A stretch of 43,896 bases of DNA. It comes from Octopus bimaculoides (Eukaryota). Every line of letters begins with the position of its first letter. Position 1 is the stretch's first letter. Below the pieces are notes generated by a model. That model saw nothing but the letters and a program-made list of their open reading frames with translations. It was not told the DNA's origin and did not search any database. The position numbers and the translations under genes were made by a program. The DNA is taken from assembly GCF_001194135.2 (NCBI RefSeq), contig NC_068989.1, positions 47,924,164-47,968,059 of the forward strand. The letters run 5' to 3'. Below are positions 34,917-43,896 of the stretch, piece after piece.

Positions 34917-35519
34917 CTAAGAAAATCGTGTGTCAAGAGACGACTTTATATATTTCTATATATTTTAATGCATATTTCATTTATATATTTCATTCATTAT
35001 TTGAGAAGCATGCTGAGAAAAATAGGGACAATGATGAAATAAATTCCATGCGATATATTGCTTTGTTCATCTCTGTTATGCATTCAGAACTTGCTATGAT
35101 AAACTCCGTCCTTTGTTTAATTCGATAAAATAAATACTTACAGTACCCGTGGTAATTTGGCAATTGTAAAAGCTATAAGGTAGTGAAAAGTTCTACAAAA
35201 CGATGAAATATATAATTTTCTTTTTAAAATTGTAATTTTTCTGAAACATTTTATAATTGAGAGAGTGTAAAAGTTTACATAGATTGTATTGAAAGTGTAC
35301 TTTGGAGTGAATATCTTGCAAAGCCATATTCTTTCTCATAAACTTATCACCTCTCATACTCTGAGAGCCATTATCTATTATTTCTTTTGTGTTTTATTTT
35401 ACTGGAGAATTGGATGGTATTCAAGTAAAGATGTAAACAATCTCTGAGATATGATTCTTCTATGTTATTATTCTGCTATTATACGAATACAAAAGTAAAA
35501 TTTTAACAACTTTTAATAG

Positions 35520-36385
35520 AGTCTTTTGACTGGGCATCGATTCCTTATAACGTGGTATTAGCAAAGAATGGCTTCGCCAGCAATTTAGTATATATGGAAG
35601 ATATTCCACCTCCACCAACGAACCCGAAGAGAATCAGAAAGTGAAAGCTAATCTAGTCGAATCCATCATTTAATCTAGAAGTTTCAACCATCATAGCTAG
35701 GGGGTCCTGATGGTAATTAAAAAATATTTCCCTAGAACACATAAGTATTATAAGCTTTTCAGCCTCCACAACATTAATGTCAGTTACCCTCTGTTAGACA
35801 ACAGCTCTTCTATCTTCGCACGCTATAAAAGATGCAAACAGACATATACATAGCCGCCAATAGAAATTTCCGCAGTAACTACCGACATCCTACCAACTGC
35901 CCATTTGGATGATCCTGCTTCTCAAGGAATGTGGCCTATACAGCCATCATCCGATGACATTAGAAGAGACTACAGGGGCATGACACCCAATGACTTCAGT
36001 AAAAGTATACTCTGCATATGCACTCCTTCAGTTGCAGGGGTAGGGACAACTTTTCCTCCTGTCACATTTCACCTGCAGACTACGTAGCCATTGGTACGAC
36101 CTCCCCAACATCAAATGGGTTATTATTGATAAAGTTCCTCTGTATTAACTGACATCCTGCAGCTGCCAACTATGCCTCCCCAAAAGATAGCATGTACTCC
36201 ACCGACCTTCAGTGTTCATCATCAAAAAGAAGAAACTATCATAATGTTGCCACCACTAGAACGCCTTGTTAATGAACTTCAAGCGATTTGTAGTCGATAA
36301 CCCAAACATAGTACTTTAGTCCTGGCTACTCCTTATTCAAGGGCACGGACTTAAGCCCTGTACCCTTGTATCCTACATCCTCATC
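35520..36385 (+). mobile_element. Heavily decayed LINE ORF2 remnant (CR1/L2/Jockey group)
   Basis: Residual motifs AANYASP (for ANYRPIS) and QGTDLSPVPL (for PQGSVLSPLL), with many stops. Confidence 0.35.
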
Positions 36386-36416
36386 CATGCATGTATACAT
36401 ACATATATACATGCAT

Positions 36417-36447
<31 letters not shown>

Positions 36448-36474
36448 CATTATATATATGTATGTATGTATGTA

Positions 36475-36880
36475 TATTCTTACACTTGTTTCAGTCGTTT
36501 CACTGCAGCCATGCTGTTGCACTGTCCGTCTTAAAAGATCTTTTAGTCAAAAAAGTTGACCCCAGGATTTATTCGTAGTAAACCTAGTATTTATTCTATC
36601 GGTCTCTTTTGCCAAACCGGTAAGTTGCTGGGACGTAAACACACCAACATCGGTTGTCAAATGATGGTGGATGGATAAACATAGACACAAAGACACGTGT
36701 AAATATATGCAGATATATACGACGGCTTCTTTCAGTTTCCGTCTACCAAATCCACACACAAGGTTTTGGTCATCCCGAGGCTATAGATGAAGACACTTGC
36801 CCCAGATGCCATGCAGTGGGACTGAACCCGGAATCATGTGGTTGGGAAGCCAGCTTCCTACCACAGCCACACCTGCACCT
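36475..36880 (-). mobile_element. SINE family A, full length
   Basis: Reverse complement has an aggtgcaggtgtggctgtgg head, gggttcagtccc B-box and the complete 3' part. Confidence 0.9.
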
Positions 36881-37383
36881 ATGCATACAACCAAACCTAA
36901 GCTTACGTAGATTATAGTTGTGAATACCTGAAACACAAGAGTCCTGTAGATGCTATAGAAATCTATAATTAGGATTATCGAAACTATGATTTCAGTTCAC
37001 TCATGTTGAGCTCGACTTCACTGGTCAGCTTTTCGGAATCGATAAAAGACAAAGTTCAATGCTGGTAGGTTGGCCAAAACTATAAGATTGAACAAACAAT
37101 AAACAAACTTTTGAGTTCATATCATTGTATGGCCTACATCGATGGTAACCTTAATCCGCTGTCCGCTTAAATAACACCACCTAATATGTTGGGAGTCTTT
37201 TGCAAAGTTCACTCTTTTGATAGCATTGGATCCCAATCTCTGTGCTTCCAGTCTTGCAGGCCCACCCTGTAAATGGTCAAGGGTACTGCTTTTTCCTTGT
37301 TACTAAAGGGCTTTTTTTCATGCTCTAAAATCATTGTAATACGTTTTGCAGTGTTATTTTTAGTTTTACCTGGCTATTACATA

Positions 37384-37925
37384 CTGGGTGTTCGGGCTAA
37401 ATTTGACAGTTTGCATAAAAGGAGAAGAAAACATAATATCTCCTCGAAAAATACAAGTGTTTTAAAAGATCAAAAAGTATCAACTAGATTACGGCTAGGA
37501 CATGATAGTTTACTCAAAGTTACCGGCATTAGCTTCCACCACGGCCGGGAGAAGGCTTGGAACCTGGCACATATGTTGCTCGCTGTATACCTGGGAAGAT
37601 TTTCGAACACCTCCTTGATCCTAGCTACCAGCTCAGTCCTGGTGTTGCAGACAGAGCGCTCTCTGTGTCTTTTTGAACCGCGTCCCACATTGTAATCCAT
37701 GGGATTACAATCGGGGTACTTAGGAGGTCAGAAATTGGGGCTAATGAAGTTGTATAAATTCTCCGACAACCACTTCTAACTCTTTTCGGAGGTATGGTAA
37801 GGAATTGAAACGTTCTGCTACACATATGGCCTTCCAGCAGCAACGCTCTTCAGCCTTTGGTTGGCCAAGGCCTCCAGCAGCTTCACATAGCCGTCTGAAT
37901 TTAGCTTTAGACTCGGTCCAAAGGA
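37384..37925 (-). pseudogene. Tc1/mariner superfamily DD37D (maT/mori-type) transposase 3' remnant with a terminal inverted repeat
   Basis: LKLNSDGYVKLLE...AAGRPYV*QNVSIPYHTS..*KWLSEN...F*PPKYPDCNPMDY, with 37 residues between the second (mutated) and third Asp positions, then NTRTELVARIKEVFENLPR. TIR-like TA|ctgggtgttcgggctaaat at 37382-37402. Confidence 0.88.
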
Positions 37926-38078
37926 ATGGGAAGTAATCCCGTCGTGCAAACATAATCAAAACGCCTGCTGTGTCCTTTCCTGCGAGCCATGGCTTTATAG
38001 TCCCCGTTATAGCTTTTACAGTGTTCTCAGAGCATTGAGCAGCAGCCATGTTGCTGGCATTTTGATATTCGGTCTCAA

Positions 38079-38194
38079 TCACCAATATCGTGATGGCTTC
38101 CGGTCCTCTATGTCAGCAAATATTTTCTCATCTACAACTTTAATTTTTATGGTCTCTAAAGCCGTCGACTGCTCACCAATACATCCAGCTGTTC
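38079..38194 (-). CDS. Candidate terminal exon A: (G)TAGCIGEQSTALETIKIKVVDEKIFADIEDRKPSRYW*
   Basis: Strong acceptor tttatgtctccttttctttttcag|GAACAGCT; homologous to the plus-strand acceptor/exon at 43730. Confidence 0.4.
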
Positions 38195-38729
38195 CTGAAA
38201 AAGAAAAGGAGACATAAAAATCGTCAAAGTCAGCCAAAATACCCTGTAATTAAATCATCAGATATCAAATTATGTAAGATATGTTTTAACATTTTATCAC
38301 AGTTCATTTATTGCTTATTTAATCTAACATTATTTAATGTAGATCATTATCAAAATGGGGGGAGGAAAACCTCCATAGATACGATGGTGGTGTATCGATA
38401 AGCTGCTATATATTGATTGAGTTTAGGGGTGCTTCATCTCAACGTTTATTTCATGAAACGTTTGATGATATAATGAGCATCAGGGGTTACACCATAGCGC
38501 GCAATTTTATTATGCTTAGTAAATGAACAGGGACGTATTCTAAGTGAATAACTGTGTTTAATGTATGTTTTAGTGAGTTGGAATTATTTTATGTACTGAA
38601 TGTTAAAAGGTTTTCATAGTTGTTGCCTTTTCATATTTATTATTATTTGTGATTTATTGACTTACCTATTTATTTTACGATCATATTGACAACAAATCTT
38701 ATGTCTGACTTCCTCGTATTTACTCTTCA

Positions 38730-39266
38730 CGTCTACAACACCAACAAATACAGTAACAACATGAACAACAACAACAACAACAACAATAGTAACTGCTGTA
38801 ATGACAACTGTGATGACATCAGCAACAACTACAACTACAACAAATATAGTGACAACAATTACAACGACAACGCGGTTTCTTACTGAACAACAACTGCGTC
38901 TGTAACAGCAACAAAAACAACTTTGGCACCGACAACAATAATTAAAACAACAACAAAACCAACAACTCCGATGCCTACTCACACTAAGTAACCTACCTTT
39001 CCATCTCTTTTGTACCATTACTGTCTCGGTTGCTCCTGCTGTTGCTGCCACTAAAACTACCAGTTCTGTTGTTGTCTCGGCTACTAGTACCACCACCACC
39101 ACCACTAACACCACCACNNNNNNNNNNNNNNNNNNNNNNNNNNNNNNNNNNNNNNNNNNNNNNNNNNNNNNNNNNNNNNNNNNNNNNNNNNNNNNNNNNN
39201 NNNNNNNNNNNNNNNNNNNNNNNNNNNNNNNNNNNNNNNNNNNNNNNNNNNNNNNNNNNNNNNNNN

Positions 39267-39316
<50 letters not shown>

Positions 39317-39400
39317 CACCATTGTTGCTACTTCTTCAGCCGTTGTTGCAGCTGTTTCGACTACCACTACTGCTGGTGCTACTACTACTACTACTACTAT

Positions 39401-39461
<61 letters not shown>

Positions 39462-39520
39462 GCAGATACTGCTGTTGTTACGACTTCTGCTGCTATAACT
39501 TCTACTAAGATAGTTTCAGT
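38730..39520. repeat. Long degenerate (AAC)n/(ACC)n/(ACT)n low-complexity tract spanning a gap
   Basis: Direct reading; the plus-strand Thr-rich frame has a stop and frameshifts. Confidence 0.9.
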
Positions 39521-39899
39521 TTTTTTTTCTCTATCGTTCATCTTAATGAAGACCTTTTGTATTATGCGTCTAAGTACCCGCTTTACGCGCGGGGGGGTGC
39601 ACCATGACTTCTGGTTTCACACAACCCTCGGGATCTTGAGTGTTTTTAGCGGTACTCCCTCCGTTGCAAGCATTCCGACCAGACCAGACATTCAACGCAA
39701 GGATTTCTCTGATCGATCCACGCATCAACGCATTCTTCACTTCTCTGAGTCCCAAAAGATAAATCCAAACTCCTTGGTGGACTTTTCCTTCTATTTTCAA
39801 ACATTAGAGGTCCTCTCTCTTACCTAGATTGCGCACATCATCCCTTACCCACACGCAAGCCATGCATCCTATTTCTCTCGGAGACACAAATTTATCAAT

Positions 39900-40330
39900 C
39901 TCTATTTACATGTCTCGCTGTCTAAAAAATACCCACTAACACGTTTCACTCCAACAATAGACTCCACTCTCCTTGTCTTTCAGCTTTTTCACCTGTATTT
40001 CTGCAAAAACTAAAACTCAATCCCAAATGGACACGTTCCAGCCTCAGGCCCAAAGACGTGGTTTTCTTTCTCTGTATTTTTCCATTACTACACTAATGAC
40101 CTTTCATTCTCAAAGTCCTGTGTTCTCGTTCCTCTACCACTCATGCACACCAGAGTTCATCGTCTTTTTTACTTTTAATCACTTTTGTTGTGTATAAACC
40201 CTCGCTCCTACGCTAACCACTATACTCACTACTCTCTCAACAGACCATCGACCCTTTGGAATCTTCTCCATTCTCATATCCTTCCTGCAAGTGGAAGATT
40301 AATAGCATCAATGAAACCAGATACAGAGGG
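39900..40330 (+). mobile_element. Decayed 3' end of LINE ORF2 (CR1/L2/Jockey group)
   Basis: FQPQAQRR.. and NPRSYANHYTHYSLNRPSTLWNLLHSHILP resemble the LQPL.HRR and R.RT.HY..SF..RT..LWNSLP motifs at the end of these ORF2s. Confidence 0.6.
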
Positions 40331-40715
40331 AGTGCTGCGATCATGCGTCATGCTCCTATCTATAAATTTAACAAGTTAAAGGAAATATCAAGTTTGTATG
40401 CCGCAAAGCTAATGTAATTGAAAGCTAATTTCTTGGAACGGTATTTATTAGGGACACAATATGCAGGGACACAATATAAATTACTCTTAAGCTTTAACTA
40501 TTTTAAAGACTGAGTTATTGAGGGAAAATATTTAATACCAATTATTGTGTGGCTGACAGAGTATTATTTACACTTCCGTGTGCGCTTCCTTCCCATTACA
40601 AATACCTACTAATGCACGATGCGTACACATTTTTACAGGAACTGAGCTTGTTGGTTGAGCACGAACAAGCTTTTCTCCTTCTTGAGCTGCTGTTAGTGTT
40701 CACCTATTCGCTCAC

Positions 40716-40930
40716 CTACGATACGAGCTGTCACCGCAATGTATGTTGTTGTCCTGTTTCTGTACCGTCCATAAATGCACGAGTATCCACCACCGAGAAT
40801 GACAAAAAAGAGGTCGAAACCGTACGGTTTGGTGGTTTCGTTGGTGGAAGGTGGTAGGGGTTCACTTCCTTGTTTGAAATACATATTGACTGCAGATGGC
40901 ATCGAATAACCGACTGGAGGAGGTGTCCTC
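40716..40930 (-). CDS. Candidate exon (215 nt, phase 2 to 1): RTPPPVGYSMPSAVNMYFKQGSEPLPPSTNETTKPYGFDLFFVILGGGYSCIYGRYRNRTTTYIAVTARIV(G)
   Basis: ctatttttaaccccag|GAGG ... ATCGTAG|gtgagc; relatively GC-rich unique sequence; phase-compatible with exon A at 38194. Confidence 0.3.
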
Positions 40931-40998
40931 CTGGGGTTAAAAATAGCAGTAACGTCGGTTCCTACGGAACAGCCATGTTTAAGTGGCGATAAGCATTG

Positions 40999-41033
<35 letters not shown>

Positions 41034-41170
41034 NNNNNNNNNNNNNNNNNNNNNNNNNNNNNNNNNNNNNNNNNNNNNNNNNNNNNNNNNNNNNNNNNNN
41101 NNNNNNNNNNNNNNNNNNNNNNNNNNNNNNNNNNNNNNNNNNNNNNNNNNNNNNNNNNNNNNNNNNNNNN

Positions 41171-41207
<37 letters not shown>

Positions 41208-41537
41208 AGTCAAGACTATTGATAAGGTTGCAACACGCAACGAAAATTTTAGGAAAATAAAAAGAAAAATAAGTGGAAATTTTACCGGTGAGTCTTAAAT
41301 TTTAAGGCACAATAAGAAAATAACTCTCCCCAGACACAACACAATATGCTTCAACTCACGAAATCACATAAGCAATCTTACAAACCAAATCCAAACACGA
41401 AATATATATATATGTATATATATAAATGTATGTGAAGAGGGAGAGAGAAAGCTTCTACATGCCATTATACTGTTGCATGTTATTCTGTGCTCTATGTAAT
41501 ATGTGTGTGTGTGTGTGTATGTGTGTGTGTGTGTGTG

Positions 41538-41585
<48 letters not shown>

Positions 41586-42251
41586 GGTATTCAGATTTGT
41601 TCGACTCAGTTAACTTTTATGTATATCAGTATTAGAAAAATTCAGAGGTGTCCTTCGTATGTCAAAACAATTTCGTGTAGTAGAATACTTAATGCACAAC
41701 ACTTACTTTTGCAACTAGTCCCTACAATATTTTCAATAACAAATATTGAATTATAAATTCTTTATCAGGTTGTAGTTAAAACAGGCGTTGCGTTTTGCTT
41801 TTTATCATCTAAATATTTGCATTCTTAAAGCTCACATTCAGTTAGCGATGCTTCTCGTCTGTTGACGGTCAACGCATGTATATTGAGTTTGTGCTTACGA
41901 TATCACCAGAAACAAATATGTTTGTCAGACGTATAAAGTTTTATGCCCGTTTATATGAAAAACTAGCTTTCTGCATTACAGTATAGATTTTCATATCTAT
42001 GGATAAACCTCTGTATAGCTGCATTCAATCTGCATTCATTCTATCTAAACATGATGTGTTTTAAAATATTAAAATTTACTGTTAGAAAATATTTTGACAT
42101 ATTTGCTTTGGGTTTTCTAGAAATCACTTTACACACAAAACATTTTGTTATTATCATGTGAAGTACTTTTCAGCATTCACATGCGCGCAGTTGCACGCTC
42201 ACACGTTCATATATACAAACATACATAAATATATGCACACACACACACACG

Positions 42252-42286
<35 letters not shown>

Positions 42287-42639
42287 NNNNNNNNNNNNAT
42301 ATATATATATATATATATATATAGAAGAAGTTGCAAAAACAGAAACAAAAATGTCATTAGCTCAACATAGGAATATAACGACAGTAAACTCAGTTGAAAA
42401 CTAGAAACCAGGCAGTTGAAAGAAAAGTAGACACACCCACCGAAAATACGACATATTGATGTAGATAAAATTATTTTGGAAACTTAAGCATCAACTTCTT
42501 GCAGGAAAACATCAACTACTAAAGGAATAGAAGCGGTGAATATATTAATCATGAATCTTCCCAAATGTAACAATATTGGTTTTGGATAAAAATTCTTGAA
42601 AATAAAATAAACGTTCATTACTCACACACATATATATGT

Positions 42640-42695
42640 ATAAACCAGCATGCATAGACAGACAAACAGACAGACATGCAGGCAGACATATAGAC

Positions 42696-42732
<37 letters not shown>

Positions 42733-42873
42733 TCTTTCTTTTATTAGCCACACAGGGCTATGGTTGGACAAACAGACAGACACATAGACAAAAAGATAGA
42801 TAGACAGACAGACAGGCGGACAGACAGGCAGGCAGACAGACAGGCAGGCAGGCAGACAGGCAAGCAGGCAAGC

Positions 42874-42914
<41 letters not shown>

Positions 42915-42945
42915 CATACATACATACATACATACATACATACAT
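42640..42945. repeat. Compound (GACA)/(GATA)/(GGCA)/(CATA) microsatellite containing a 25-nt LINE 3' tip at 42735-42759
   Basis: Direct reading; tttattagccacacagggct is an exact match to the terminus of the LINE 3' end at 14113-14367. Confidence 0.9.
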
Positions 42946-43012
42946 GTAGAAAGATAGGTACAGTATAACTTCATTGGTTGATTCTTCTTTCGTTATCCTG
43001 AAACATCGTATA

Positions 43013-43223
43013 AGAGGGGGTCCTAATAAGTTCCTGGCTTTCGGTAAAAGAAAATACAGGAAGATCAGTTATGTTTTTTCACCATATTCCCCTCTCAGAT
43101 TAACACACTTATTGAAGCAGTCCTTCACTTTATCGAAACCTTGTAAAAGAACTCAGAAATTTGAGCCTCCAACCAAGCCTTTCGCGATACCCTTAAAGAC
43201 AGGAACTTTTCAGTAAACCCTCG
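43013..43223. mobile_element. Complete mariner-type MITE (211 bp) with TA target-site duplication
   Basis: TA|agagggggtcctaataagttcctggcttt ... aaagacaggaacttttcagtaaaccctcg|TA; imperfect TIRs of ~29 bp. Confidence 0.88.
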
Positions 43224-43344
43224 TATAAAGGCACGTTGTTTACATCTGTGAATAGGAGTTATCCATTGGTTAAACTCGACAATGCATCTACACATGTATG
43301 TTCAGGCCTGAGCAAGATATACAGTATATATTATTTTTAATTTT

Positions 43345-43505
43345 AGGAAGACTAGTAGATGCCCATGCATGCCTGTCTCCCTCCCTTCCCACCACCGATG
43401 TTAATCCAGGAGAAAGGCAGCCGACATGATTTGAAACAGCTTGGCAACAGTGTTACTCTCAGAACGCAAGCAACTGGAACAGATACCATAAAGCATATTG
43501 CTTCA
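43345..43505 (-). mobile_element. Degenerate SINE (family D, CORE-type variant), followed by a degenerate family C piece at ~43520-43655
   Basis: gcccatgcatgcc...accaccgatgtta.tcca...gaaaggc...cagcttggca.cagtg recalled as the antisense of an octopus SINE body. Confidence 0.45.
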
Positions 43506-43729
43506 CCCTTTAATATTTCTGCCTGTCATTCGGCCAGGAATAGAACTCATTTTTTAATCAACCCTGAAAGGATAAAATGCAAAGTTGACATCAACGGGAT
43601 TCGAAATCAGATCGCAGAAACAGCCTGTCTCACACTCTATTGGTTCTGTCAACTCTCTATTTAGCCATCGCTTCGTATATACAAGACGATCGCGCTAAAT
43701 TTAATATTTTATGGCTGCTTTTTTTTCAG

Positions 43730-43785
43730 GAACAGCTTCAGGTATTGGTGAATCGGTGAACGGCGTTGGAGGGCATGAAGATTAG
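43730..43785 (+). CDS. Candidate terminal exon B: (G)TASGIGESVNGVGGHED*
   Basis: Acceptor ttttatggctgctttttttttcag|GAACAGCT; homologous to exon A. Confidence 0.35.
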
Positions 43786-43814
43786 GGAGTGCTGGAAACC
43801 ATCTGAATAACGAT

Positions 43815-43896
43815 TTCCAATTTGGACAAAACGTCAACGATATCGGAGGAAGGAGTAAATCGATTTCATTGACTCCAGTGTTCAACTGGTACTTAA
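43815..43896 (-). mobile_element. SINE family C, tail end (runs off the window)
   Basis: ggagtaaatcgatttcattgactccagtgttcaactggtactt matches the family C antisense block. Confidence 0.75.

Noticed and set aside
37273-37695. 140-aa plus-strand ORF
   Set aside because: Mostly antisense to the maT remnant.
37741-38085. 114-aa minus-strand ORF MVIETEYQ...
   Set aside because: Chimera of sequence downstream of exon A and an off-frame reading of the maT transposase remnant.
40574-40930. A second frame with only TGA stops (three) on the minus strand
   Set aside because: No SECIS seen; finding a second such frame shows TGA-only frames arise easily here, which also weakens the 5068-5468 idea.

Overview
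This is AT-rich eukaryotic DNA, very probably octopus. The basis is several copies each of tRNA-derived SINE families that I recognise as typical of Octopus, very dense microsatellites, and nine assembly gaps, most of them opening at simple repeats. I see no rRNA, tRNA, CRISPR array or complete recognisable protein-coding gene. Almost all ORFs in the supplied track are microsatellite or N-run artefacts, or off-frame readings of repeats. The window is mostly intronic or intergenic and is filled with mobile-element debris: at least four SINE families, mariner and maT (DD37D) remnants, a mariner-type MITE, a Ty3/Gypsy RT fragment, a Helitron Rep fragment and 3' end, REL-endonuclease and CR1/L2-like LINE pieces, and Penelope-like termini. 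Structure not explained by those labels: (i) two homologous splice-acceptor/exon starts in inverted orientation (38194 minus, 43730 plus); (ii) three minimal hammerhead-ribozyme motifs, one with an intact catalytic core; (iii) a LINE 3' end found twice next to GATA microsatellites; (iv) a 440-bp foldback and a 98-nt hairpin; (v) weak candidate minus-strand exons, including a phase-compatible pair encoding an 8-Cys peptide and a 133-codon frame interrupted only by TGA. All gene-level calls are by eye and low confidence.
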